Source: Candidatus Latescibacterota bacterium
GTDB taxonomy: Bacteria; Latescibacterota; UBA2968; UBA8231
Length of the DNA: 64,000 nt
Direction of reading: 5' to 3'
NCBI GenBank assembly: GCA_965203355.1
Contig: OZ241889.1
Span: 1,504,001 to 1,568,000 of the forward strand
The notes beneath the pieces were generated by a model. The model saw nothing but the letters and a program-made list of their open reading frames with translations, was not told the origin of the DNA and ran no database searches. Below are positions 9,565 through 19,522 of this stretch, piece after piece (position 1 is the stretch's first letter; every line of letters begins with the position of its first letter). The position numbers and the translations under genes were made by a program.

Positions 9565-10347
9565 CTAGCGGGGCGGATAGATTGTGGATTGATTGTACGG
9601 AATAATTATCGGCTCAACGGCGCCGAGCGCCGCCGCCCAGGCTCGGGGATCGTAGTTGCGGGCGACAAAGCAGGCGTAGTGGGCTGGCACGGCGGCCTTT
9701 AGGCCGAGCGCCGAGGCCATTTTGGCCGAGCCGGCAAAGAAGGGGAATTCTCCTTCGCTGGGGTGATTGGTCAGCAGCCCAATGTCGGGTTTGAGCTGGC
9801 GGATGGGTGCGAGTAATGCTTCGTGCTCGGCAAACGTGTTGACCGGATCGCCCGAGATGTACACGCGCACCCCGCCCGCCTCCACCACGTAGCCGAGATG
9901 GGTTACATCGGGCGGAGCGATGCCGTCGCTGGGCAAGCCCTCCGGGGATTTGGCGTACACCGCGTGGGCCGTCATGGTGCCCAGTTTGGCTGTGTCGCCA
10001 GCGGCAACCGTTGTTGCGGCCGCAATGCCCGCCTCGCGGACGCGCTGGATGCTCTCGGCTGGGCCGACGATCTGCACGGCTGGATAGGCCGCGGCAATGC
10101 GCGCAATGGACTCGGTGCAGGTGTGGTCGCCATGGTCGTGGGTCAGGAGCACGAAATCCGTGTGTAGCGATGCTTCGTGCAGCGGCGGGCGGGCGTGGAT
10201 AAAGCGGTCGGCCGGCCGTTGGTGGGGGTAATAGGGATCGACTTGGACGATGGTGCCCGGCGCGTCCTTGAGGCCAAACGCGCTCTGGCCAAACCAGTGG
10301 ATGCCAACCGCGCCTTCGCGTACTACCAGCGATTCAAATGGGTGCAT
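9565..10347 (-). CDS. MBL-fold metallo-hydrolase (UlaG-like)
   Basis: WFGQSAF, VDPY, THDHGDH, YISGD and PAHY motifs. Confidence 0.85.
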   Translation of the reverse strand: MHPFESLVVREGAVGIHWFGQSAFGLKDAPGTIVQVDPYYPHQRPADRFIHARPPLHEASLHTDFVLLTHDHGDHTCTESIARIAAAYPAVQIVGPAESIQRVREAGIAAATTVAAGDTAKLGTMTAHAVYAKSPEGLPSDGIAPPDVTHLGYVVEAGGVRVYISGDPVNTFAEHEALLAPIRQLKPDIGLLTNHPSEGEFPFFAGSAKMASALGLKAAVPAHYACFVARNYDPRAWAAALGAVEPIIIPYNQSTIYPPR

Positions 10348-10442
10348 GATTTTTCCCCGCAAGCGTGAAGCCGAGTTGCAACCCGGCGTGCGTTCTATAA
10401 GTTTCGATACAAGTTACAAGGTGGCAGAATGGGGAGCAACCG

Positions 10443-11720
10443 ATGAACAATTCCACGCTTTTTGACACTTCGTATCAACGCCGCAAGTGGGCGTTGTTAG
10501 AGCAACTGCTGGAGCGGCTGGTGCCGATCTACACCGCGGAGGAGGTCGCGGCACTGCGCATTGACGCGGTTGACCGGGACATTCTCTCGCAGCGCTCCGG
10601 GCGCGGGTTTGTCAATCGCGATTTGCTGGAAACGGTTTTGGGCAATTTGCTCGAATGCGTGGCCCCGGGTTCGCACAATGCCTTGGGGCTGGGGCACCAA
10701 AAGCCGTCGCTCGACGAGGCCATCGGCGAGATTGCCGACCAACTCTACGCGATGATCGCCCAGTCTTTTTTGGCGGCTGGCGAGAGCGAGGGCGCCGAAG
10801 AGAAGGCCCTGATGAACACCATCTGCTTGCTATGGGAATTGCCGGCCTACAAGGTGCGCGCTCACTGGAACCGCTTTGCTTCGCTTAGGGATCCGGCCGT
10901 TTGGGACGCCTATTTGCTCGACAACTGCGGGCTGACGCAGGAACAGCTACTCAAGATCGACTTCCGGGATGCTTTGGAAGAGACGATTCGCCGCCGCGAC
11001 TTCGACTACTATCGCCGCTTCCTCAGGGCGTTGGAGTGCGACTCCATTTTCGATTATCAGATGCAGCTCGTGATGAGCACCTATCCGGGCTGGCGGGTGC
11101 TTTTTTACCACGACATTGCCCACGCCCTGACGCGCTCCGGCTCGGTGGCCGGCAAATCCGGGCTGATGCGGCGGCCGGTGCCCTTGCTGCCCCGGGCCAT
11201 TTCCGAGTTGGCGGGCCGCTACTATCAGGCGGATCTCCATCCCGAAACGCAGATCGGCGATGCTAACTTTCTCGATCATCCCCATCGCGGAATCACCACC
11301 GGGCAGACGGGTATTGTCGGCAGTGGGTGCCACCTGTACCCGTGTACTTTGGGCGGCCTCAGCGGCAAGGTGCAGCAGCGTCATCCCATCATTGGCGACT
11401 ACGTGTTTATCGGTACGGACGCCGGGATTTTCGGCCCCGTGCAAGTGGGCGACCGCACGGCGATTGGCGCCAACACCGAAATTAACGGCATCGTCGCGAT
11501 TGGTGCGGATTGCCGGATCGGCGTGTCGGTATCTATTGGCACGGTCACTGCGAGGACGGCACGGCCTGGCGCGATTAAATTGGGGGCCGGGGTGCGGGTG
11601 GGGGCTGGCACTGTCATTGAAAATGACTCGCCGCTCGAATTAGTCATCCCCGACCAATCGGTGATTCCAGTGCGTAGCCATGTAGTCAACGATGGCTGTG
11701 GCGGGCCGAAGTTCGTGTAA
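10443..11720 (+). CDS. CysE-like hexapeptide-repeat O-acetyltransferase with long N-terminal extension
   Basis: DLHPETQIG..FLDHPHRG..TLGG...RHPIIGDYVFIG matches serine acetyltransferase left-handed beta-helix motifs. Confidence 0.7.
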   Translation: MNNSTLFDTSYQRRKWALLEQLLERLVPIYTAEEVAALRIDAVDRDILSQRSGRGFVNRDLLETVLGNLLECVAPGSHNALGLGHQKPSLDEAIGEIADQLYAMIAQSFLAAGESEGAEEKALMNTICLLWELPAYKVRAHWNRFASLRDPAVWDAYLLDNCGLTQEQLLKIDFRDALEETIRRRDFDYYRRFLRALECDSIFDYQMQLVMSTYPGWRVLFYHDIAHALTRSGSVAGKSGLMRRPVPLLPRAISELAGRYYQADLHPETQIGDANFLDHPHRGITTGQTGIVGSGCHLYPCTLGGLSGKVQQRHPIIGDYVFIGTDAGIFGPVQVGDRTAIGANTEINGIVAIGADCRIGVSVSIGTVTARTARPGAIKLGAGVRVGAGTVIENDSPLELVIPDQSVIPVRSHVVNDGCGGPKFV

Positions 11721-11790
11721 TCTGTCAAATTTGTCTCGACGGTTCTTTTTGGCGGATACTTTTGTCGCCTAAGAAGCAACTAATAATTGC

Positions 11791-12579
11791 TCATCTCCCC
11801 TTCCACTGCGGTTTGCGTTTTTCGGCGAATGCCCGCGGCCCCTCGGCGTAGTCCTCCGACCGCCGCAGGCGGCGCACGGCCGTCAGGTCCTCCAGTTGGC
11901 TCTGCGCTTGAGCGATGGGGGACTCGATGGTGTGTAGCACTACCTGCTTGGCGGCTTGGACGGCGAGGGGGCCGCACGATAGGATTTCGGTGGCCCAGCG
12001 CTCGGCCGTGGCCATCACAGGTTCGTCGTCGGCGACTTCATTGACCAAGCCCATGGCTAGGGCTTCCCGCGCCGAGAATAGCTTGCCGGTCAGGAGCATG
12101 CCCATAGCTAAGTGGTAGGGGATGCGACGCGGCAGTTTGAGCGCGCCACCGGCATCGGCTAGCAGACCGCGCCGGGCCTCGGGAAAACCAAAGCGGGCCT
12201 TTGCGGTTGCCACGATCAGGTCGCAGTGCAGGGCCAGTTCTAGGCCGCCGCCGATGGCATAACCGTTGACGGCGGCGATGATCGGCTTGTAGCAGCGGTC
12301 GAGGATGTGGACCGGGGAATGGACCGGGTTGCGGAGCGGCTCGTCGTCTGTTTGTTCGACGCGGTATTTCAAGTCCAAGCCAGCCGAGAACGCGCGCTCG
12401 CCAGCACCGGTGAGAATCGCGACCCAAACTTGGTCGTCGGCAATAAAGTCGTCCCAAGCCCTATTCAGTTCGGCGTGGGCCGGGGGATGCAGGGCGTTCA
12501 TCACCTGCGGCCGATTCACCGTCACGTAGGCGATGCGGCCTTTTTTCTCGTAGAGGATGTGCTCGAATGGTGGGGTCAT
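11791..12579 (-). CDS. Enoyl-CoA hydratase/isomerase (crotonase family)
   Basis: AFSAGLDL, KPIIAAVNGYAIGGGLELAL, FGFPE, EGPRAFAEKRKPQWKG motifs; AAGGAG RBS. Confidence 0.9.
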   Translation of the reverse strand: MTPPFEHILYEKKGRIAYVTVNRPQVMNALHPPAHAELNRAWDDFIADDQVWVAILTGAGERAFSAGLDLKYRVEQTDDEPLRNPVHSPVHILDRCYKPIIAAVNGYAIGGGLELALHCDLIVATAKARFGFPEARRGLLADAGGALKLPRRIPYHLAMGMLLTGKLFSAREALAMGLVNEVADDEPVMATAERWATEILSCGPLAVQAAKQVVLHTIESPIAQAQSQLEDLTAVRRLRRSEDYAEGPRAFAEKRKPQWKGR

Positions 12580-13099
12580 GTGTTCTCCTTATTGGATGTT
12601 CTGTTGCGGTCTCCCAAGCGAAAATCTCAGGCGGCGATGGTGTTGACTTTGCATAGTCCAATCACTAAAAACACCAAGAAGATTCCGAGCCTTGCACGGA
12701 CATCAATGAAAAGACATAGGCTAAAGAATGGAGCAAAAAGTGAAAAACCACCGCGTCAGAATGATACGCACACCTGAAAAAACTCCGCAACTCCCGATCC
12801 CCAAAGGTGTGCCATGCGGAATTACCGGCCGGATGAAGGAGCTAGCTGGACGCGGATTCAGCGCGCGGCCGAACCGTGTTTCGGCGTTGACGACCCGCTT
12901 TTTGCGCGAAGAGAATAGCCAACAGGCTTGGGCGGAAGTCGCGTCCGTTTTGCAACATCCGGTCTTAGAAGCCTTTTTAAAATGCTCGTCGGACTACTTC
13001 AACAGGCCGTCGAGCGGTTCCTGGATCGGGCGTTTTCCGCGGGCGAGACTCCAGTACTACTAGGCTTTTTTCGGTTCAAAAAACAAGTGGTTTTTAGCT

Positions 13100-13807
13100 A
13101 TGGATCGACTCATCCTCTTGCTGCTCTGGACCGCGCTGGCGGGTGCTTGCATCCCCATCGGGGCGCTGTTGGCCCACATGGGACGCATCCGTCCGCAGTG
13201 GCTCGAAGAAGAACTGCGCCACTTCACAATCGCGTTTGGCGGCGGCATTCTAGTCGGCGCGGTAGCTCTGGTTCTGGTTCCGAAGGGCATTGAGCGACTG
13301 CCGCATCCGCTCGCCGCGCTCGCCGCGTTGATCGCTGGTGGCCTTGCATTCATGGCGTTTGATCGGTATCAGGCAAAACGACAGCGGTCGGCGCCGCAGT
13401 TTAGTGCCATGGCGGCCGACTTTATTCCAGAATCGCTTGCACTCGGGGGCATGTTTGCTGGCGACGAGGAAGGCACTGTTTTGTTGGCCGTGCTCATCGG
13501 TTTGCAGAATCTGCCCGAGGGGTTCAACGCTTGGCGCGAAGTGGCGGGCCACGGCCGCCACAGACGGGCGCTGGTCTGGATGCTGCTGCTCGGACTGGTC
13601 GGCCCGGTCTGCGGACTCATTGGCTGGTTCTGGCTCGCCGATTACCACGCGATACTTGGTGCTATCATGCTGTTCGCCGCTGGCGGCATCCTCTACCTCA
13701 CATTCGAAGACATCGCACCCCAAGCACGCCTTGAACGCCACTGGGCACCGCCCATTGGTGCCGTATGCGGCTTTGCGCTGGCCTTGCTGGGCGACATGCT
13801 GCTTTGA
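13100..13807 (+). CDS. ZIP-family (ZupT-like) divalent metal transporter
   Basis: Multiple TM helices; FGGGIL, DFIPES, LQNLPEG and FAAGGILYL motifs. Confidence 0.85.
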   Translation: MDRLILLLLWTALAGACIPIGALLAHMGRIRPQWLEEELRHFTIAFGGGILVGAVALVLVPKGIERLPHPLAALAALIAGGLAFMAFDRYQAKRQRSAPQFSAMAADFIPESLALGGMFAGDEEGTVLLAVLIGLQNLPEGFNAWREVAGHGRHRRALVWMLLLGLVGPVCGLIGWFWLADYHAILGAIMLFAAGGILYLTFEDIAPQARLERHWAPPIGAVCGFALALLGDMLL

Positions 13808-13823
13808 AGTGCTGGAAACCGCG

Positions 13824-14657
13824 CTAGCCCCGCGACGGCTCGGGCATCTCGGCCCGCGCCTTTGCCGCTAGGTCTTTGAGATGGCCGTCGTTGGCCAGGC
13901 GCTGCTCGAGATGTACCATACGGCGTTTGCTCGCCGTGGCGATCATGGTCTCGCCGTACGCGTGCTCCGCCCAGAAGCGGGCCAGCCCAGCGATGTCTTG
14001 TTTGACGAGATCGATCTGATCCTCGGGTACGCGCACCATGCAGTTGATGGTGAACATGCGGCGGCGGCCACCACCGCCGAAGGCTGCGTGTTTGAGGTTG
14101 TGCTGAAAGACGACGACGTCTCCGGGGACGACCTCCAAAGCGACAGCCGGGACTTGGTCGCCGGAGAGGCCCCACTGGGCCTGCGAGCACCGTGCGTTCG
14201 CTTCGAGCGTCTCGGCGTACTGATCGCCTCGGCGGTGGCTGCCCGGGATCACGCGCAGGCAGCCGGTGTCGCGGGTCAGGCGGTCGAGGTAGAAGGCGAT
14301 TTTGACATGGCGCACTTCCTTCTGATAACCGTCAGAGTGCCACTCGGTATCACCGGCGTAGTAGTTGCCGTCGGAACCGCTGTAGTTGAAGTCGTCGCCG
14401 AGCAGACTGGCCAGCAAGCCCTCGATGCGCGGGTCGTCGAGCAGCGCGCATAGGCGCTCGTGTTGATCGATGAAAGGCACGATGCAGGAGCGCCGTTGGC
14501 CGTCGTGCGGTTGGCCGTGGTGGCCGCCGCCGCGCTCGGCCCAGACCTGCTCAAAGGCGTCGATGATTTCGTCGATGCAGTCGGCCATCAGCCCCGGCAG
14601 CGCGAGGTAGCCGAAGGCGTCGAAAAAGTTGAGTTGCTGTTGGTTGAGGCGAATCAT
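13824..14657 (-). CDS. Phytanoyl-CoA dioxygenase (PhyH) family Fe(II)/2-OG oxygenase
   Basis: Start MIRLNQQQ with AGGGAG RBS; FDAFGYL, WHSD, GCLRVIPGSH, GDVVVF..H motifs. Confidence 0.88.
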   Translation of the reverse strand: MIRLNQQQLNFFDAFGYLALPGLMADCIDEIIDAFEQVWAERGGGHHGQPHDGQRRSCIVPFIDQHERLCALLDDPRIEGLLASLLGDDFNYSGSDGNYYAGDTEWHSDGYQKEVRHVKIAFYLDRLTRDTGCLRVIPGSHRRGDQYAETLEANARCSQAQWGLSGDQVPAVALEVVPGDVVVFQHNLKHAAFGGGGRRRMFTINCMVRVPEDQIDLVKQDIAGLARFWAEHAYGETMIATASKRRMVHLEQRLANDGHLKDLAAKARAEMPEPSRG

Positions 14658-14788
14658 GGCGGTCTCCCTGAGTGCTTGACGGAGGGTGGGGAAGGCGATA
14701 CATTGGCGGCGTTTTAGACGCCGTGGCGAATCTAATGAAGTGCCTATCTTCATTCAATGTTTGATACCGACAGCCGTAGAAGGCCGCG

Positions 14789-15211
14789 ATGAAAATTGTC
14801 GATGTGGGTGCCGTGCTGCTGCAACCCATGCCGTGGGTGCTGGTGAAGGTGCGCACGGATGAGGGTATTACCGGCCTGGGCGAAGCCTATCACGGGGCCG
14901 GCGTCCACCACATCGCCGTTGATGAACGCCTCACCCAACGCGCCCTCATCGGTCAAGACCCGCGCAACGTCGATAAGCTCTTCCGCGACATGAAAAGTTC
15001 GATGTCGGCGTCGGGGTACTATCAAGGGGCGGTGATGAGCGCGATCAGCGGCCTTGAGATGGCGCTGTGGAACAGCCTCGCGGTGGAGCGCGACCTGATC
15101 GTCAACGGGCGGATCGCCTTGCCGCAGGCTCCCGGGCTCGGCGTTGCACTTGACGAGGAGGTCGCGCGTAGCGCGGTGCGCGAAGACCTCGGCTTCTCCG
15201 CGGCGGAGTAG
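14789..15211 (+). pseudogene. Mandelate racemase/muconate lactonizing enzyme family gene with in-frame internal deletion of the catalytic barrel
   Basis: The N-terminal domain (VKVRTDEGITGLGE...AISGLEMALW) is joined directly to the family C-terminal tail (NGRIALPQAPGLGVALDE). Only 140 aa. Confidence 0.8.
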
Positions 15212-15218
15212 AGCCGAC

Positions 15219-16220
15219 TTGTCGCTTAACTACGCATTTCGCCGCTTGGGCGTGTTCCTGCTGATCGTGTGGGCCGGGGCTACCATTAACTTCTTGATGC
15301 CTCGGCTGGCTCCGGTAAACCCCATCCGCGAGCGTCTGTTGCAGGCGGTTTCCTTTGGCGGTGCCGGCAAGACCGACATGGAGGCCGTGGTGGCCACGTA
15401 CGAGGCTCGCTTCGGGCTTGACCAGCCCCTGTGGAAGCAGTACCTGCGCTATCTCGGGGACGTGGTGCGCCTCGACTTTGGGGTTTCCATCGCCAATTTT
15501 CCGAGCCGCGCTTCCGACATTATCATGCGTGCGCTGCCGTGGACGCTTGGGCTGCTGACGACGGCGACGCTGATTGCCTTTGCTCTTGGCACGGTGCTCG
15601 GTGCGCTGCTGGCTTGGCCGCGAACGCCCGGTGCCCTGCACTACTTTGCCGCGCCTTTCTTGGCGCTGTCGGCGATTCCTTATTACTTGCTTGGACTGGT
15701 GCTCGTCTTTCTCCTAGGTTTCACCTTGCGTGCCTTTCCCCTCGGCGGCGGCTTTACCTTGGGAACGCTGCCTGGGCCGACCTGGGCCTTTGCCCTGGAC
15801 GTAATTTATCACTCCATCGTCCCCGCCCTGTCGATCGTGTTGTCGTCGGTGGGGTTTTGGGCTTTGTCGATGCGCGGTATGATGGTCACTGTCCAAGGCG
15901 AGGACTACGTCAACTACGCCGAAGCCCGGGGATTGAAGAGCCGCGACATCTTCTTCCGCTACGCCTTGCGCAACGCCCTATTGCCGCAGACTACGGCCTT
16001 GGCGCTGGCCATGGGGTACGTGGTGTCTGGGGCTGTGCTGGTGGAGGTGGTATTTGCGTATCCGGGCGTGGGCACGGTGCTGTACCGAGCCGTGCAGACT
16101 TTTGATTACTTCGTCATCTACGGCGTCGTGATCATGGTCATTTTGGCTATCGCCGTAGTGACCTTGATCCTCGATTTGGTTTACCCGCTCCTCGATCCGC
16201 GCATTGCCTACCGCCGATGA
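15219..16220 (+). CDS. Peptide/nickel ABC transporter permease (DppB/OppB-like)
   Basis: TTG start; FGLDQPLWKQY, EDYVNYAEARG (EAA loop), LDPRI terminus. Confidence 0.9.
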   Translation: MSLNYAFRRLGVFLLIVWAGATINFLMPRLAPVNPIRERLLQAVSFGGAGKTDMEAVVATYEARFGLDQPLWKQYLRYLGDVVRLDFGVSIANFPSRASDIIMRALPWTLGLLTTATLIAFALGTVLGALLAWPRTPGALHYFAAPFLALSAIPYYLLGLVLVFLLGFTLRAFPLGGGFTLGTLPGPTWAFALDVIYHSIVPALSIVLSSVGFWALSMRGMMVTVQGEDYVNYAEARGLKSRDIFFRYALRNALLPQTTALALAMGYVVSGAVLVEVVFAYPGVGTVLYRAVQTFDYFVIYGVVIMVILAIAVVTLILDLVYPLLDPRIAYRR

Positions 16221-16225
16221 CGCTC
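16193..16225 (+). repeat. 33-bp direct repeat, left copy (dppB 3' end)
   Basis: CGATCCGCGCATTGCCTACCGCCGATGACGCTC, identical to 17661-17693. Confidence 0.95.
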
Positions 16226-16252
16226 TTGCTCCGATATTGCCGGTAATACTAT

Positions 16253-16281
16253 TTGCCAATTGTGTCTTGAACTGGTAATCT
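16253..16281 (+). promoter_or_regulatory. Putative sigma70 promoter of the inserted ATPase
   Basis: TTGCCA-17 nt-TAATCT with an extended -10 TG, in the AT-rich spacer. Confidence 0.4.
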
Positions 16282-16332
16282 TTTTGTCCGGTTTAATGTA
16301 GAGTCGGGAACAAAACTGACTGACATTGCATT

Positions 16333-17688
16333 ATGACGGCTGCGCTCAAGGAAATCATTCTAGACTTTCAGGAAGAGTCGCTGGAGACCGGTGTCCCGCG
16401 GCGGGTCTCGGTGAGTGCGGTGCCGGGAAAGGCCATGGTCTGCATCGGCCCGCGACGAAGTGGAAAATCCACTTTTCTGTTTCAACTCATCCGCAAGCTA
16501 CTTGACGCTGGAATACCTCGCGACAACATCCTGTACCTGAACTTCTTCGACGACCGCCTGCGTTATCTGCAACGCGATGGGCTGTCCGCCGTGATGGAGG
16601 CATACTATTCGCTTTATCCCAAAAAAAAGAACACCCAGACGGTCCATTGCTTCTTCGACGAGATTCAGGTCGTGCCCGGTTGGGAGTCTTTTGTGGACCG
16701 GATCATGCGCACCGAGCAGTGCGAGGTGTACATGACCGGCTCGTCGGCGCAGATGTTGTCTCAGGAGATCGCGACACAGATGCGCGGACGGCCCCTTTCT
16801 TGGGAATTGTTTCCCTTCTCGTTTCGCGAGTTTCTCGACTTCAAGGGGATCGACAGTAGCGGCCCCTTGTCCGCCCGGCGACGCCTGCTGATCCAGAGCG
16901 CATTCGATCAGTACTGGGAGAGCGGCGGATTTCCCGAGGTCGCGGGTTTTGACCGCCGGCTGCGGATCAAAACTCACCAAGAGTACTGGGGCGCGATGCT
17001 GTTCCGCGACCTTGTTGAACGACACGACATCTCCCACCCCCGAGCAGTCTCTGATCTGGCTCACTGGCTGGTGGACAACATTGCTTCCCTGTACTCTGTC
17101 AACCGGCTCACTGGATACTTGAAGGCACTCGGCTATCGCGCCCCCAAGTCGGCGGTCTCCGCCTACCTGAACTGGTTTGAGGATGCCTTCTTCTTGTTCA
17201 CGGTGCGCATCTGCGACGCATCCTTGGCGCGGGCCAACGCGAACCCCAAGAAGATCTACTGCGTCGATCACGCACTGGTCGAATCGGTCTCCTCCGGCAT
17301 CCTCGTGAACACCGGCCATTTACTCGAAAATCTCGTGTTCACGGCGCTCCGTCGAGTTACGCCTGAGCTTTTCTACTACAAGTCGAAGGCCGGTCGCGAA
17401 GTGGATTTCGTCGCTTACATGGGCGACGGTGTGCGCCTATTGGTCCAAGTCTGCGAGTCCCTTGCAGACCCGCAGACCAAGCAACGGGAAGTGGCCGCAC
17501 TTCGCGATGCCATGGGCGAACTAAATTTGGGAACGAGTGTGCTCGTAACTCGTGGTGGAGCGGGCGGTCCCAGCGACGGGGAACACATTGTCGTTGACAC
17601 CGGCGAGATCGAAGTCACCGCTGCTTGGCGTTTTCTGCTCGATGTGGATTCCGCCTACGGCGATCCGCGCATTGCCTACCGCCGATGA
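16333..17688 (+). CDS. AAA_14/DUF4143 ATP-binding protein (inserted cassette)
   Basis: Walker A GPRRSGKST, Walker B FFDEIQ, TGSS, GGFPE, KIYCVD..LLENLV..EVDFV. The C-terminus DPRIAYRR is copied from dppB. Confidence 0.9.
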   Translation: MTAALKEIILDFQEESLETGVPRRVSVSAVPGKAMVCIGPRRSGKSTFLFQLIRKLLDAGIPRDNILYLNFFDDRLRYLQRDGLSAVMEAYYSLYPKKKNTQTVHCFFDEIQVVPGWESFVDRIMRTEQCEVYMTGSSAQMLSQEIATQMRGRPLSWELFPFSFREFLDFKGIDSSGPLSARRRLLIQSAFDQYWESGGFPEVAGFDRRLRIKTHQEYWGAMLFRDLVERHDISHPRAVSDLAHWLVDNIASLYSVNRLTGYLKALGYRAPKSAVSAYLNWFEDAFFLFTVRICDASLARANANPKKIYCVDHALVESVSSGILVNTGHLLENLVFTALRRVTPELFYYKSKAGREVDFVAYMGDGVRLLVQVCESLADPQTKQREVAALRDAMGELNLGTSVLVTRGGAGGPSDGEHIVVDTGEIEVTAAWRFLLDVDSAYGDPRIAYRR

Positions 17689-17693
17689 CGCTC
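17661..17693 (+). repeat. 33-bp direct repeat, right copy
   Basis: Identical to 16193-16225; contains the ATGA stop/start overlap. Confidence 0.95.
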
Positions 17694-18542
17694 GCTCCGC
17701 TCGTCTCGGCAACACGCCGCCATCCCCAGCTTACGGCCGGCTTAATCGTCGTCTTTGTCGTGCTTGCTTTTGGTCCGGTAGGGGCCCTGTTCGTCGATGC
17801 GGATTTGGCCCGCGTTGGTGCGGCTGAGCCGAATCGGTCGCCGTCGCTGGAGCATTTGCTCGGTACTGACGCGGCCGGCCGGGATTTGCTCGCGGTGATG
17901 GTGGCGGGTACGCCGCTCACGCTCAGAGTTGGCTTCCTCGCTGGTGCCGTTGGTCTCGGCATCGGCATCATCCTCGGCTTTCTCGCTGGGTACTTCGGCG
18001 GCTTGGTGGACACCTTGATTCGGGGAGCTGCCGATGTGCTGCTGACTGTGCCCGGCCTGCTGTTCCTCGTGGTGCTGGCCACTTCGCTGCGCACGGCTGT
18101 TACCGTTGATATGATGGCTCTCGTGGTGGCCTCGCTGGCGTGGATGCTGCCGACGCGCACGATCCGCTCGCAGGTGCTGTCGCTGCGCGAGCGCGCCTAT
18201 GTGCAGGTGGCCCGGCTCTCCGGCATGAAGGACCTCGAAATCATCGCCCGCGAGCTGCTGCCGAATCTGCTACCCTACCTAGCGGCTAGTTTTGTCAGTG
18301 CCGTGGGGGCTGCGGTGCTGGCTTCGATCGGTTTAGAGGCGCTGGGCTTGGGGCCGCAGAACGAGCCTACGCTTGGGATGACCATTTACTGGGCTTTGTA
18401 CTACACTTCGCTGCTGCGGGGAATGTGGTGGTGGTGGGCACCGCCGATTGTGATGATCGTGCTGATTTTTCTCGGCTTGTTCCTCATCTCCATGGGATTG
18501 GACCGCATCGCCAATCCGCGTATATGGAAGGTCTCGTCGTGA
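17685..18542 (+). CDS. Peptide ABC transporter permease (DppC/OppC-like)
   Basis: HLLGTDAAGRD, ERAYVQVARLSG, LEALGLG and WWWWAPP motifs. Confidence 0.9.
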   Translation: MTLAPLVSATRRHPQLTAGLIVVFVVLAFGPVGALFVDADLARVGAAEPNRSPSLEHLLGTDAAGRDLLAVMVAGTPLTLRVGFLAGAVGLGIGIILGFLAGYFGGLVDTLIRGAADVLLTVPGLLFLVVLATSLRTAVTVDMMALVVASLAWMLPTRTIRSQVLSLRERAYVQVARLSGMKDLEIIARELLPNLLPYLAASFVSAVGAAVLASIGLEALGLGPQNEPTLGMTIYWALYYTSLLRGMWWWWAPPIVMIVLIFLGLFLISMGLDRIANPRIWKVSS

Positions 18543-19522
18543 ACGCCGAGCGCAAAGGCCGCGTGGTGCTGCGGGTGCAGGATCTGCGCGTTCACTACCA
18601 CACTCCGAGGGGACCGGTGCGTGCCGTAGAGGGCGTTGGCTTTGCGTTGCGGGCCGGGGAGCGGCTGGGCTTGGTGGGCGAGTCGGGCTCGGGCAAATCG
18701 ACGACGGCCCTGGCCCTGATCCGGCTGATCCGGCCACCTGGGCGGATCGAAGGGGGACAGGTCGAGCTCGACGAGTTGGAGTTGTTGTCGCTGTCTGAGG
18801 AGGAGATGCGGCGCGTGCGTTTTTCGCGCATCTCGCTGATTCCCCAAGGCGTGATGAACTCGCTCAATCCGGTGATGCGGGTGGGGGCGCAGATCGCCGA
18901 TACGATTGAGGCGCACGAGGAGCGGCTCGACCGCGAGACCCTGCAGGAGCGCGTAAAAAGCCTGTTGGCGCTGGTCGAGCTGGACCCGGCGACCGCGCGC
19001 ATGTACCCCCACGAACTCAGCGGCGGCATGAAACAGCGCGTGGGCATGGCCATGGCCGTGGCCTTGCGGCCTCAGGTGATCATCGCCGACGAGCCAACTA
19101 GTGCCCTAGACGTGGTCGTGCAGAAGCGGGTGATGGACACCTTGTTCCGCGTGCAGCAGGAACTCGCCGCTGCGGTGGTTTTGGTGGGCCACGACATGGG
19201 GCTGATGGCGCAGTGTGTGGATCGCATCGGCGTGATGTACGCTGGCCGATTGGCCGAACTGGGGCCGGTGCAGAGTCTGCTTGAAGAGCCGCTGCATCCG
19301 TACACGCGCCTGCTGGTAGAAAGCCTGCCGTCGCTGGAGCGCAAGGGCGTGTTTCGCGGCATCCCCGGGCTGCCGCCTTCATTGCTTGAGCCGCCGCTAG
19401 GATGTCCCTTCCACCCGCGCTGTCCGCAGGTGATGGACCGCTGCTTGGAGCGCGCACCGGAACTGGAGGAAGTGGTTGCCGAGCGCCGGGCGGCTTGTCA
19501 CCTGCACGCCGAGGTCTCGTGA
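18539..19522 (+). CDS. Peptide ABC transporter ATP-binding protein (DppD-like)
   Basis: GESGSGKST, YPHELSGGMKQR, IIADEPT, HPYT and GCPFHPRC motifs. Confidence 0.92.
   Translation: MNAERKGRVVLRVQDLRVHYHTPRGPVRAVEGVGFALRAGERLGLVGESGSGKSTTALALIRLIRPPGRIEGGQVELDELELLSLSEEEMRRVRFSRISLIPQGVMNSLNPVMRVGAQIADTIEAHEERLDRETLQERVKSLLALVELDPATARMYPHELSGGMKQRVGMAMAVALRPQVIIADEPTSALDVVVQKRVMDTLFRVQQELAAAVVLVGHDMGLMAQCVDRIGVMYAGRLAELGPVQSLLEEPLHPYTRLLVESLPSLERKGVFRGIPGLPPSLLEPPLGCPFHPRCPQVMDRCLERAPELEEVVAERRAACHLHAEVS

Noticed and set aside
12580-13099. 111-aa ORF 12728-13063 as a gene or the edge of a cassette carrying the ZIP gene
   Set aside because: No recognisable family and no flanking duplication found; may be a decayed fragment.
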